NCBI GenBank assembly: GCA_964530145.1 | Contig: CAZGXY010000080.1 | Location: forward strand, 70,822 to 134,821 | DNA: 64,000 nucleotides | Reading direction: 5' to 3' | From: an uncultured Acidobacteriaceae bacterium | GTDB lineage: Bacteria > Acidobacteriota > Terriglobia > Terriglobales > Acidobacteriaceae | Shown here: positions 36,542-45,173 of the stretch, in pieces | Position numbering within the stretch: the first letter of the stretch is position 1 | How the letters are laid out: every line of letters begins with the position of its first letter | The notes under the pieces: generated by a model | Told to the model about the DNA's origin: nothing | Databases searched by the model: none | What the model saw: only the letters and a program-made list of their open reading frames with translations | Program-made: the position numbers and the translations under genes

Positions 36542-37753
36542 TTACCCGACGAGCAGCGCTTTCAATCTCGATCCCCACCGGTCCGCCTGAAACCCGCGCG
36601 CCACGCGAGCCCGCTGTCCGTACGCCACCATGCCCAGTACCGTTGCAAACTCGGGCTCGGCCAGTGCCGCCGGCATCTTCGGCAGCGGCGTGGGCCATGA
36701 AAGCCGCACCGGACGCCGCAGGACCGACTCCGCCACATCAAAAATGCCCGGCAGCCTCGACCCGCCGCCGCACAGAACGATGCCGGCCAGGCACGCGTCG
36801 AACATGCCGCCCTGCCGAAGGTTCTCGCGAATCATTTCAAACAACTCGCGCGCGCGCGGCTCGAGAATCTCCGCCACCAAGCGCTGCGGCAACAGGCGCG
36901 AAGGCCGATCGCCGACCGACGGAACCTCCACTTCATTCCCTTCCGGAATCAGAGTGACGATGGCATTGCCGTAAACTTTCTTGACCTTTTCCGCTTCCGC
37001 GAGCGGCGTGCACATCCCCAAAGACAAGTCGCTGGTAAAGTGATCGCCGCCGACCGGAATCACCCCCGTATAAATGACCGACCCCTGCAAGAACACGACC
37101 AACTCCGTCGATCCCGCACCGATGTCGGCGAGGCAGATTCCGAGTTCGCGCTCGTCGGCGCGCAGCACCGAATCCGCCGCAGCTAAAGGCTCGAACACAG
37201 TGTCATCCACATGCACACCCGCGCGATTCACGGCAGTAATTACATTCTGTGCCGCACTCGCAGCCGCGGTCACCAGGTGAACCCGCACTTCGAGTCGCGC
37301 CGCCATCATTCCCAGCGGATCGTGCACGCCCGCCTGATCGTCCAAAATGAATTCCTGCGGCAACAGATGCAGCACCTCGCGATCCGCAGGCAGCGGGACT
37401 GCCCGCGCCCGCTCTACAGCCTGCTTTATTTCATCGCGGCCAATTTCGCGCGGACGATTGCCCAAACTGATTCCGCCATGACTATTCACGCCACGAACAT
37501 GCGCGCCGCCGATGCCAACGATCGCGTGTTCGACAGCGGCACCGGCCGTATCCTCAGCCGCTTCCACGGCCTTCTGAATCGCGGCAACGGCTTTGTCCAG
37601 ATCGACAATCACGCCCTTCCGCGACCCGCGCGACTCCGCCACGCCATGCCCCCGATAGCGCAGGCCGCTTTCCGTCACCTCTACCATGAGCGCGCACGTC
37701 TTAGCGCTCCCCACATCAATCGCGGTCAAGAAGCTTGCCTGCTGGTTCGCCAT
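36542..37753 (-). CDS. ftsA: cell division protein FtsA
   Basis: 403 aa actin-like ATPase with AIDVGSAKTCALMVEV and LADIGAGSTELVVF. It lies immediately upstream of ftsZ. Confidence 0.96.
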   Translation of the reverse strand: MANQQASFLTAIDVGSAKTCALMVEVTESGLRYRGHGVAESRGSRKGVIVDLDKAVAAIQKAVEAAEDTAGAAVEHAIVGIGGAHVRGVNSHGGISLGNRPREIGRDEIKQAVERARAVPLPADREVLHLLPQEFILDDQAGVHDPLGMMAARLEVRVHLVTAAASAAQNVITAVNRAGVHVDDTVFEPLAAADSVLRADERELGICLADIGAGSTELVVFLQGSVIYTGVIPVGGDHFTSDLSLGMCTPLAEAEKVKKVYGNAIVTLIPEGNEVEVPSVGDRPSRLLPQRLVAEILEPRARELFEMIRENLRQGGMFDACLAGIVLCGGGSRLPGIFDVAESVLRRPVRLSWPTPLPKMPAALAEPEFATVLGMVAYGQRARVARGFQADRWGSRLKALLVG

Positions 37754-37814
37754 CCCTTATTCGTTCCCTTATGAATTCTTATTAATTTGCATGAAACCTG
37801 GTTGATCGGATCGA

Positions 37815-39173
37815 TCAGTCCGCAGTAGGCCCCCCCTGACCCCTCGCAATCGCCGCGCTTGGCTTCTGCCCGGCATTTGGTTTCTGTGCGGCGGCTGGCG
37901 GCTTCGCCGTGGGCGAGGGATGATTCTTGACTGCCTGCGCCAGCTTCTTAGCACCGCTTGCAGCTTTTTTCGCACCACTCACTTCTTTCGTGCTCTTCGC
38001 CGCAACTTTCCTTCGCTTCGCGACTGTATTCTTTTTCGCGCCCGGTTGGCCGGCCTTCGGGTCGAGCTTCTTCTGGGTTAATTCAAAAGCCGGCTTCGGT
38101 ATCGTTCGTTCGTTCGGTTCGACTTTCGTCAGCAACGCCGCAGGTTTCACCCCGGCAGCCTCAGCCAATCTTGCTGAGGCGGGGGTCAACGGCAGCTTTT
38201 TCGCCAGTCCCGCCGATGGCCGCTCCATATCTGGATTCACGATGATCTGGTTGTCATAGCGCAAGTCGACCGACTCGAGCTTCTGAAACTGTTGACGCCA
38301 TCCCTGCGCGTGGGTCACGTAAATTTTGTAGCGCTGCAGATAATCCGAAGATCCCAGATGCACCAGCACATCGCCCTGCGGATCGTTCACCCGCACCTTC
38401 ACATCTTCCAGATCCGAGAGATCGACTTCGCTCAAATCCTGCGAGTAATGCGCTCCAGCCGAATCCAATTCGCGCACCATTTCGCTGTAAGCTTTCATGC
38501 GCGGAGCGCGGGTTGAAAGCGGTTCTCCCGGATTCATCCCAAGAATCACGGGGAACGAATATTTATGTTTCGGGCTCAACTCCATGAGGGTTCCGCCGGT
38601 ATCGATCAAGAGCATGCGCGGTCCAACCCGGGCAAAGGCAATCGGCGTTCGCTCATGAATAACCACCGCAAGCCGATTTGGAACGAAACGCATCACACTC
38701 GCCGACTCGACCCACGGAATCTGATCCAACTGAGCCTTCTGCTGCGCCAGCGGAATAAAAAAGATGTTGCGGTCGATGTCGCCGCCCATCACTTCCATGA
38801 TTTGCGCCTTGGTGACATTCTGAATGCCGGCAACTTCAACGTTGTCGCTCGACTCCACGCGGAAGCGCCATGAATGCTCGCCGTAGTGGTAAAGCCATGC
38901 CGCGCACAGCCCCAAGATACACACTGACGCGGCGGCGGCCAGTGACCACAGCAGCCGGTTCGCAGTTTTCTTCGGAAGAGAACTTCGCCGGGCGGAGACG
39001 CGCTTTTGCGCGCGCAGAAACGGGGATTCTTCGTCGACATCCAGATCGACCAGACGCGCGTCGTCGATCTCATCCCGCTGCACGTCTCCGCGTGGCAAGG
39101 CTTCTCGCACGCGTTCCGCGGCGGATGGGTACAACTCCTCCTGCAAGATGGACGGCCCCGATTTCCGCGCCAT
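37815..39173 (-). CDS. ftsQ: cell division protein FtsQ with long K/A/P-rich C-terminal tail
   Basis: Cytoplasmic N-terminus, TM LLWSLAAAASVCILGLCAAWLY, and a POTRA-like region FRVESSDNVEVAGIQNVTKAQIMEVMG...PNRLAVVIHERTPIAF. About 150 extra low-complexity residues follow (KKNTVAKRRKVAAKSTKEVSGAKKAASGAKKLAQAVK...). The position upstream of ftsA fits. Confidence 0.85.
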   Translation of the reverse strand: MARKSGPSILQEELYPSAAERVREALPRGDVQRDEIDDARLVDLDVDEESPFLRAQKRVSARRSSLPKKTANRLLWSLAAAASVCILGLCAAWLYHYGEHSWRFRVESSDNVEVAGIQNVTKAQIMEVMGGDIDRNIFFIPLAQQKAQLDQIPWVESASVMRFVPNRLAVVIHERTPIAFARVGPRMLLIDTGGTLMELSPKHKYSFPVILGMNPGEPLSTRAPRMKAYSEMVRELDSAGAHYSQDLSEVDLSDLEDVKVRVNDPQGDVLVHLGSSDYLQRYKIYVTHAQGWRQQFQKLESVDLRYDNQIIVNPDMERPSAGLAKKLPLTPASARLAEAAGVKPAALLTKVEPNERTIPKPAFELTQKKLDPKAGQPGAKKNTVAKRRKVAAKSTKEVSGAKKAASGAKKLAQAVKNHPSPTAKPPAAAQKPNAGQKPSAAIARGQGGPTAD

Positions 39174-39368
39174 CAGTTCAGGTCAGTTGTCGCTTTTGAA
39201 TCGCTGAGCCTTCAAACTATAACTTTATTTCGCAGCCAGCGACAGAAAAAATGTTGGGGTTTTTCACAGTGGGAATCGGGTTGGGCATCAGAACACAAAA
39301 TCGGAGCTTAACGCTCGGGGGGTGGAGTGAAGGCAGAATTTCTGACGGCGGTCTTCTGCCTTGCGGAA

Positions 39369-39956
39369 TTAAACCGGCCCGAGGCCCGGAACGTCAACCT
39401 GCACTTCGGGGATACTGACGTTCATGACGGGCAGCTTCGGAATATTCACGCGCGGAACGCGGACGTGTACATGCGGGCAAACGATCTTCATCGAATCGAA
39501 AGCTGCAGGGGAAGTGCTGAAAGCAGGCGAATCGAAGCGCATGGAGGTCATACGGATGTGTGCGGCTCTGGCCTCGATTCGCGCCCGGTTCGCTTCCATT
39601 CGCGCGACTTGCGCTTCAACCCGAGCCATTGCGGCTTCTTGCCGGGCCGACATCGCCTCAATGCGGGCAAATCCGCCCTCGGTTCGGGCAATCTTGCCCT
39701 GCACGCGTGCCACGGCCGTACTCATACGGCAGGCGGAAGTCTCTTGCCGCGACGCCATCAGATTGGCTTTCGCCAGGAACCATTCAGCACGTCCCGAAGC
39801 CAAAGCCAGCACAGGCGAAGTCCGTTCGCCAACACGGGCGATGACCCGCTCCACTGCACGGTGCGCCCAGGCAGCGCCGCCATCGTGATAAATCCCATTC
39901 AATCCCAGCGCCAGAACCCCAGCCGCCAGCCATCCCCATGCGTTTGTCGATTTCAT
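39369..39956 (-). CDS. hypothetical membrane-anchored protein with eight AR-x-E heptad repeats
   Basis: 195 aa with AAGGGG SD and N-terminal TM WGWLAAGVLALGLNGIY. Residues 83-138 read ARVQGKI ARTEGGF ARIEAMS ARQEAAM ARVEAQV ARMEANR ARIEARA AHIRMTS. The C-terminus has V-x-V-P repeats. Hand-counted GC3 is about 65%. Co-directional within the dcw cluster. Confidence 0.6.
   Translation of the reverse strand: MKSTNAWGWLAAGVLALGLNGIYHDGGAAWAHRAVERVIARVGERTSPVLALASGRAEWFLAKANLMASRQETSACRMSTAVARVQGKIARTEGGFARIEAMSARQEAAMARVEAQVARMEANRARIEARAAHIRMTSMRFDSPAFSTSPAAFDSMKIVCPHVHVRVPRVNIPKLPVMNVSIPEVQVDVPGLGPV
39543..39710 (-). repeat. 21-bp periodic coding repeat (8 units)
   Basis: This is the DNA underlying the eight AR-x-E heptads; coordinates were derived from codon arithmetic (residues 83-138). 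Confidence 0.7.
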
Positions 39957-40246
39957 CGCCTTAACCCCTTATGGCTCAATAGACGAAGGGCGTTTTGTTT
40001 GGTTAGCAAGGAGGGATACGGAATGTTGAGGAGAAAGTTCAGAAAATTCGATTTGCCTGACGCTTTACTCTAAATCTCTTGCGCGACAACGTCATCGCCG
40101 TTTCCCACTGGGCTTCCAGTCGCGTGATCCGGCGGTCATGCTCGCGTACCTCCGTTGCAGACTCTTGACCTCTCCCGCCGTGCGCCGCAAATCGTCCCCG
40201 AGTTTCAACGCCGCGCCGTCCTCATCCAAACCCGTGTAACTCCGAT

Positions 40247-40266
40247 ATGAGCATGCATATGCTCAT
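40247..40266. promoter_or_regulatory. perfect 8-4-8 palindrome just downstream of murC
   Basis: ATGAGCAT-GCAT-ATGCTCAT lies 8 nt after the murC stop (40274-40276). There is no U-tract, so it is not a canonical terminator. Confidence 0.3.
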
Positions 40267-40273
40267 GTGTGTT

Positions 40274-41710
40274 CTACACCGTCGACGACGCTGCGCGAAG
40301 ATCTGGAATCGAACCAGCCCGCTCTCTTAATCGCTCCAAAATCAGCGGCCCCAATTGCGAAACACTCCCCGCGCCAAGAGTGAGGATCATGTCCCCATCT
40401 TCCGCAACTCGCGATGCCGCATCGGCCGCATCGGCAAGAGACGCCACGTATTCCGCTCTCCGCCCACTCTGCTCTCGGATCGCCTGAGCCAAAGCTTCTC
40501 CGGTTATGCCCTCGATCGGCTTCTCACTCGCCGCATAAATATCAAGCACAAACAGCGAATCCGCGTCGCCGAAAGCCGTCGCGAACTCTTCCATCAGATC
40601 GCGTGTGCGCGTGTAGCGATGCGGCTGGAACGCAACATGAATTTTGCGAAAGCCGCACTCCCGCGCCGCTGCCAGCGTCGCCTTGATCTCTGTCGGATGA
40701 TGCCCGTAATCGTCGATCACGCTTACGCCGGCCACTTTCCCCCGCAACTGAAATCGCCGGTCGACTCCGCGGAACCGATCGAGGGCCGCACGAATCGATT
40801 CGGTCTCAATGTCGAGTCCTACGCCAACCGCAATCGCCGCTGTTGCATTCAGAATGTTGTGCAGCCCGGGCACGCGCAAAGCAAATTCGCCCAAATCTTT
40901 TTTGCGATAACTCACGACAAACCGGCTTAGCGGCTGCCCTTCGGCTCTCGCGGTGGCACGATTCGCATCCGGCTTGATCCAAAAATCCGATCCCCGCTTC
41001 GTTCCGTAAGTCACCGTCCGCCTCTGCACCTCCGGCAACAATCTTCGCAACAACGGGTCGTCGTTGCACGCCACTACCATTCCGTAAAACGGCACGCGAT
41101 CCATGAACTCCAGAAAAGTCTTTTTCACGTCCCGCATGTTGCGGTAACAATCCATGTGCTCGCGGTCGATGTTCGTCACCACCGAAAAAATCGGCGAGAG
41201 CTTAAGAAACGACCGGTCGCTTTCATCCGCCTCTGCGACCAGATACTGAGACTTGCCCAGGCGGGCGTTCGATCCCATCGCATCCACGCGCCCGCCTACA
41301 ACCACCGTCGGGTCGAGACCGCCCGCGGCCAGCACCGCCGCCACCATCGAAGTCGTCGTCGTCTTGCCGTGCATTCCGGCGATGGCAATGCCATATTTGA
41401 GCCGCATCAACTCGGCCAGCATCTCGGCCCGCTGGATCACGGGGACATGCAAGGTGTGCGCCGCAACAACTTCCGGATTCTCCGCAGCGATCGCCGAACT
41501 GGTCACTACAACCTCAGCCCCGGCGATGTTCTCCGCGCGATGCCCTTCGAACACAACGGCACCCATCGATGCGAGCCGCTGCGTCACGCTCGAATTCTTC
41601 AGATCGGATCCCGAAACTTTATAGCCGAGATTCAGCAACACCTCGGCAATCCCGCTCATGCCGATGCCACCGATGCCTACGAAATGAACCTGCTGAATCT
41701 TGGCAAACAC
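40274..41710 (-). CDS. murC: UDP-N-acetylmuramate--L-alanine ligase MurC
   Basis: 478 aa with VHFVGIGGIGMSGIAEVLLNLGY and the Mur ligase P-loop GMHGKTTTTSM. Confidence 0.96.
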   Translation of the reverse strand: MFAKIQQVHFVGIGGIGMSGIAEVLLNLGYKVSGSDLKNSSVTQRLASMGAVVFEGHRAENIAGAEVVVTSSAIAAENPEVVAAHTLHVPVIQRAEMLAELMRLKYGIAIAGMHGKTTTTSMVAAVLAAGGLDPTVVVGGRVDAMGSNARLGKSQYLVAEADESDRSFLKLSPIFSVVTNIDREHMDCYRNMRDVKKTFLEFMDRVPFYGMVVACNDDPLLRRLLPEVQRRTVTYGTKRGSDFWIKPDANRATARAEGQPLSRFVVSYRKKDLGEFALRVPGLHNILNATAAIAVGVGLDIETESIRAALDRFRGVDRRFQLRGKVAGVSVIDDYGHHPTEIKATLAAARECGFRKIHVAFQPHRYTRTRDLMEEFATAFGDADSLFVLDIYAASEKPIEGITGEALAQAIREQSGRRAEYVASLADAADAASRVAEDGDMILTLGAGSVSQLGPLILERLRERAGSIPDLRAASSTV

Positions 41711-41723
41711 GCCGTTTTTCCTT

Positions 41724-42008
41724 TCACTCCCATACCGAGCTATGCCGTCTCACCCACCAGCAAGCCGCTTTCCCCTGATGCGGGAAAACTGACTGCACAC
41801 AGCTCTGCTGAAAACTTCCCACCATGTCATATTCCGTCTTGCTGCCCTTGAGAGGCGTAGCCAGAAACTGATCGACCTCGACCGACCCAAACGCAGTGCC
41901 ATGGGCCAGCCGATAGCGCAGCACCAGCCAATCGCCCGCGTAAAGTACAGCAAAAACAATGAACAAAGCGATCGCCACGCGGCCGAAATGTTTCTTCCAA
42001 CTTCCCAT
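41724..42008 (-). CDS. hypothetical single-pass membrane protein (94 aa)
   Basis: MGSWKKHFGRVAIALFIVFAVLYAGDWLVL is followed by a roughly 60-aa soluble part with 2 Cys. It lies 25 nt after the murG stop and 13 nt before the murC start. Confidence 0.5.
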   Translation of the reverse strand: MGSWKKHFGRVAIALFIVFAVLYAGDWLVLRYRLAHGTAFGSVEVDQFLATPLKGSKTEYDMVGSFQQSCVQSVFPHQGKAACWWVRRHSSVWE

Positions 42009-42033
42009 CCGTCAAAACCCGTTTAGACCGTGG

Positions 42034-43116
42034 CTAAGATTCATCGATCCCCGCAACTCGCGCCGCCATTTTCGCAATATCCCGCGCCGCATCCGGGTGC
42101 GCCAGTACCCGCGCAGCTTCACTCATCCTCATTAATCGCGCCGCATCGCCAAGAAGCGCAGAAATTGTCTCAGCCAGCCAGACTCCCTCAAGCTTCGATT
42201 CCTCGACAACCACCGCCGCTCCCGCCTGCGCCAGTGCCTCTGCGTTCACCCTCTGATGATCGTCGGCCGCCCGCGGAAACGGAACAAAAATCGCCGGCTT
42301 GCCCGCCGCCGTGATCTCCGCAACTGTACTGGCACCCGACCGGCACACAAACAAGTCCGCCCGCGCAAATGCCGACGGCATGTCTTCGATAAATTTGAAA
42401 ACCTCCGCCGCTTCGTCAACCCCCGCGGTAAATGAGCGGTAAGCCGCCAGCGCGTCATTATAGTCACGCTCTCCGGTCTGATGAATAACGCGAATCCCGG
42501 GGGCCTGCCGCTGCAACTCCGGCAAGCATCGAATCATTGCCTCATTAATTGCGTGCGCTCCCTGACTTCCGCCAAACACCAGCAAGGTAGGCGTCCCACC
42601 GCGCTTAGGAGGAATCTCAAAAAATGCCTGCCGCACCGGCACCCCGGTCACTTCCGCGTCGCGAAAATACTTCGCCGTCTCTTCAAAATGCACAGCTGCG
42701 GCTGAGACGAATCGCGCCACCATGCGATTGGCAAATCCCGGCACCACATTCGGCTCAAAGGCAAGCGTCGGTATGTGCTTTACCACTGCGGCCAGCATCG
42801 CCGGACCAGAAGCATATCCGCCAACGCCAATCACCACATCGGGGGCAAACTCGTTCAGCATGCGACCGGCATCCCAAACGGCACGCGGTAGGTCGAAGGC
42901 AGTCTTCGCCCGCGTGGTCAGACTGACATTCTTCAGCGCGCCAACCCGCACCAACTTCAGCGGATATCCCGCGGCCGGGACCAGCCGGTTCTCAATCCCG
43001 CGCGCCGTGCCGATAAATAACACCTCGGCCCCATAGCTTTTCTTGAGTTCGTTGGCGATGGCGAGCGCAGGAATGACATGCCCACCTGTCCCACCCCCAG
43101 CCAGAATGGCCCGCAT
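42034..43116 (-). CDS. murG: undecaprenyldiphospho-muramoylpentapeptide beta-N-acetylglucosaminyltransferase MurG
   Basis: [24 protein letters not shown] is the G-loop of MurG. Start set at ATG 43116; the ORF extends to 43170. Confidence 0.95.
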   Translation of the reverse strand: MRAILAGGGTGGHVIPALAIANELKKSYGAEVLFIGTARGIENRLVPAAGYPLKLVRVGALKNVSLTTRAKTAFDLPRAVWDAGRMLNEFAPDVVIGVGGYASGPAMLAAVVKHIPTLAFEPNVVPGFANRMVARFVSAAAVHFEETAKYFRDAEVTGVPVRQAFFEIPPKRGGTPTLLVFGGSQGAHAINEAMIRCLPELQRQAPGIRVIHQTGERDYNDALAAYRSFTAGVDEAAEVFKFIEDMPSAFARADLFVCRSGASTVAEITAAGKPAIFVPFPRAADDHQRVNAEALAQAGAAVVVEESKLEGVWLAETISALLGDAARLMRMSEAARVLAHPDAARDIAKMAARVAGIDES

Positions 43117-43214
43117 GTGCTGACTATAAACCAAGGCCCACGGATCACATGGAGTCGCAATGGCGAACACGAGGAAAAATTGGGATTACACGCAAGCGTG
43201 CGCTGAATGATCGT

Positions 43215-43811
43215 TTACTGGTGGCTGAATCTCACGGGCAGCGGATTCCCCTTCCGCTCGGTATCCCACAGGATGGAAAGTACCCACCACCGTTTGCCAT
43301 CATTGAGCAACTGAATGCTGTTGATTCCGCGCTCGAACGGCTTATCCGCCGGACTGCGCCGCGATTCGTAGCTGCTGAATACCTGCGACACATCTCCAAA
43401 ACTTTCCACGCGATTCACAATGGCTTTTTCGTAGAAAGGATCTTTCGCGAACACCTGGCCGGCATCCCGCACGAACTCGTCTACGTTCCACGTCATAATC
43501 GATTTTCCTCCATCGGGCCCAGTGCTCACTTCCGTGAATCGCGCCTGCGGGAGGAACAACGAATGGAACCGATTCCAATCGCGGGTGCCGGCTGGACCCG
43601 AGATTACGTCGTAAATCGCATGCAGAACCGCATCGCGCGATTTCACATCTTCGGACTTGGGCGGCGGAACCTTGGAGGCCAAGTCGGCAGCGGAGAACAT
43701 CGGAACGTCCGGCGGCAACTGCACATTTTGAGGCGTTTGGGTTTTCTGGGCCAACGCAACTGACATTGCGAAGCCCATACACAAGGTCGCACATATCGAA
43801 TTTCGGAACAT
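43215..43811 (-). CDS. hypothetical secreted protein, possibly NTF2/SnoaL-like fold
   Basis: ATG 43811 with a perfect GGAGG SD 5 nt upstream; signal peptide MFRNSICATLCMGFAMSVALAQ. The size and alternating pattern (WNVDEFV..., KRWWVLSILWD) are reminiscent of NTF2-like proteins, but this is a weak call. Confidence 0.55.
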   Translation of the reverse strand: MFRNSICATLCMGFAMSVALAQKTQTPQNVQLPPDVPMFSAADLASKVPPPKSEDVKSRDAVLHAIYDVISGPAGTRDWNRFHSLFLPQARFTEVSTGPDGGKSIMTWNVDEFVRDAGQVFAKDPFYEKAIVNRVESFGDVSQVFSSYESRRSPADKPFERGINSIQLLNDGKRWWVLSILWDTERKGNPLPVRFSHQ

Positions 43812-43944
43812 TCCCGCCTCCAATGACGAACGATGGTCGCGCCATTGCTTCCACATCGTACGACCAGTTTTCAATGTGATCTTGCCATCGTGGCCAATGC
43901 TTCCTTATGGCTCAGTAGCCCAGTCGCTGAATGACTCAATGATT

Positions 43945-45036
43945 TCACTCGGCCTGTTTGGTAATGTTCAGCAGCACTCCGACGCAAGCCAGGGTCACAA
44001 ACAAAGACGACCCTCCGTAAGAAACCAGCGGCAGCGGAATCCCCTTCGTTGGCATCATTCCGAGCACGACGCTGATGTTGATAAATGCCTGCAGCACCAC
44101 CATGCTGGTAATTCCCACGGCAAGGTATCGGCCAAATGTATCTTCTGTGCGCCAGGAGGCGCGCATCCCACGCCACAAGAAAATCGAGAACAGGGTGACC
44201 ACAAACATCGCGCCCACCAATCCCAGTTCCTCGGCAGTGACGGCGAAAATAAAATCAGTATGGGGCTCGGGAAGGTAGAACAACTTCTGCTTGCCTTCCA
44301 TCAGCCCTGTCCCGGTAACGCCGCCAGTGCCAACCGCAATCAGCGACTGAATAATGTGGAATCCGGCCTTTTGCCGGTCGGCATACGGATTCATAAATGC
44401 CAGCAAACGATCGCGGCGCCAACTCACATGAAAGATTAAGAAATACAAAGGCAGCAGCGCCGCACCAAACGCGTAGCCGAAATACCGCATCCGCATACCG
44501 GCCACATAAAAAATACAGGCTGCGATTCCAGCGCAGGCAATTGCCGTACCCAGGTCAGGTTGCAACACGATCAGCCCAAGCAACATCACAACCGGAGCCG
44601 CAGCCGGCAGTAGCGTGTTGCGCCAATCATCCATCGACTTCGCGCGGCCTTCCAGAAAATACGCCAGGAACAATATCAGCACGGGCTTCGCCAGTTCCGA
44701 AGGCTGAAACGAAAAGCCTCCCGCGTGAATCCAGCGATGCGTGTTGTGCGAGCGGTCGAGAAAGAAGACGGAAATCAGCAACAGCGTGGTGATTCCCAGA
44801 AACGAAAACACAACTCCCGGATGTTTGTAGCGGCGGTAATCCACGCGCATCGCCACGACCATCGCCAACAGTCCAGCTCCGGCCCAGATCAACTGCTTCG
44901 ACAGAAACGAATAGGCCGAGCCAAAACGCTCCCCGGCCATCACCGCTGACGCAGAAAACACCATTACCAGCCCAACAAACACCAACAGCATCGTCACCGT
45001 AAACAGCCAGCGATCGACACTTACCCGCTTTGCCAT
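43945..45036 (-). CDS. ftsW: SEDS-family peptidoglycan glycosyltransferase FtsW
   Basis: 363 aa with about 10 TM segments. SEDS motifs QPSELAKP, LQPDLGTA and LPLVSYGGSSL. Position between murD and murG. Confidence 0.93.
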   Translation of the reverse strand: MAKRVSVDRWLFTVTMLLVFVGLVMVFSASAVMAGERFGSAYSFLSKQLIWAGAGLLAMVVAMRVDYRRYKHPGVVFSFLGITTLLLISVFFLDRSHNTHRWIHAGGFSFQPSELAKPVLILFLAYFLEGRAKSMDDWRNTLLPAAAPVVMLLGLIVLQPDLGTAIACAGIAACIFYVAGMRMRYFGYAFGAALLPLYFLIFHVSWRRDRLLAFMNPYADRQKAGFHIIQSLIAVGTGGVTGTGLMEGKQKLFYLPEPHTDFIFAVTAEELGLVGAMFVVTLFSIFLWRGMRASWRTEDTFGRYLAVGITSMVVLQAFINISVVLGMMPTKGIPLPLVSYGGSSLFVTLACVGVLLNITKQAE

Positions 45037-45173
45037 GGGAAATTCATTTCACCACAGGCAAGCGGAAAAACCAGAGATCCTATTGTGGAATTTACTGCCA
45101 GAGTTAACCGCGATGGTTCGCCTGAAGATGGTACGCCGAAGATAGCTCGTCCCAATCCGAGATCGGAATCACT

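Noticed and set aside
35583-36590. 335-aa and 248-aa plus-strand ORFs antisense to ftsZ
   Set aside because: ftsZ is unambiguous (GGGTGTG signature). The antisense frames are S/A/P-rich artefacts.
39327-40073. 248-aa plus-strand ORF opposite the heptad-repeat gene
   Set aside because: The translation is R/H/S-rich junk with no SD. The minus-strand frame has an SD, a TM segment, strict heptad periodicity, GC3 of about 65% and operon-consistent orientation.
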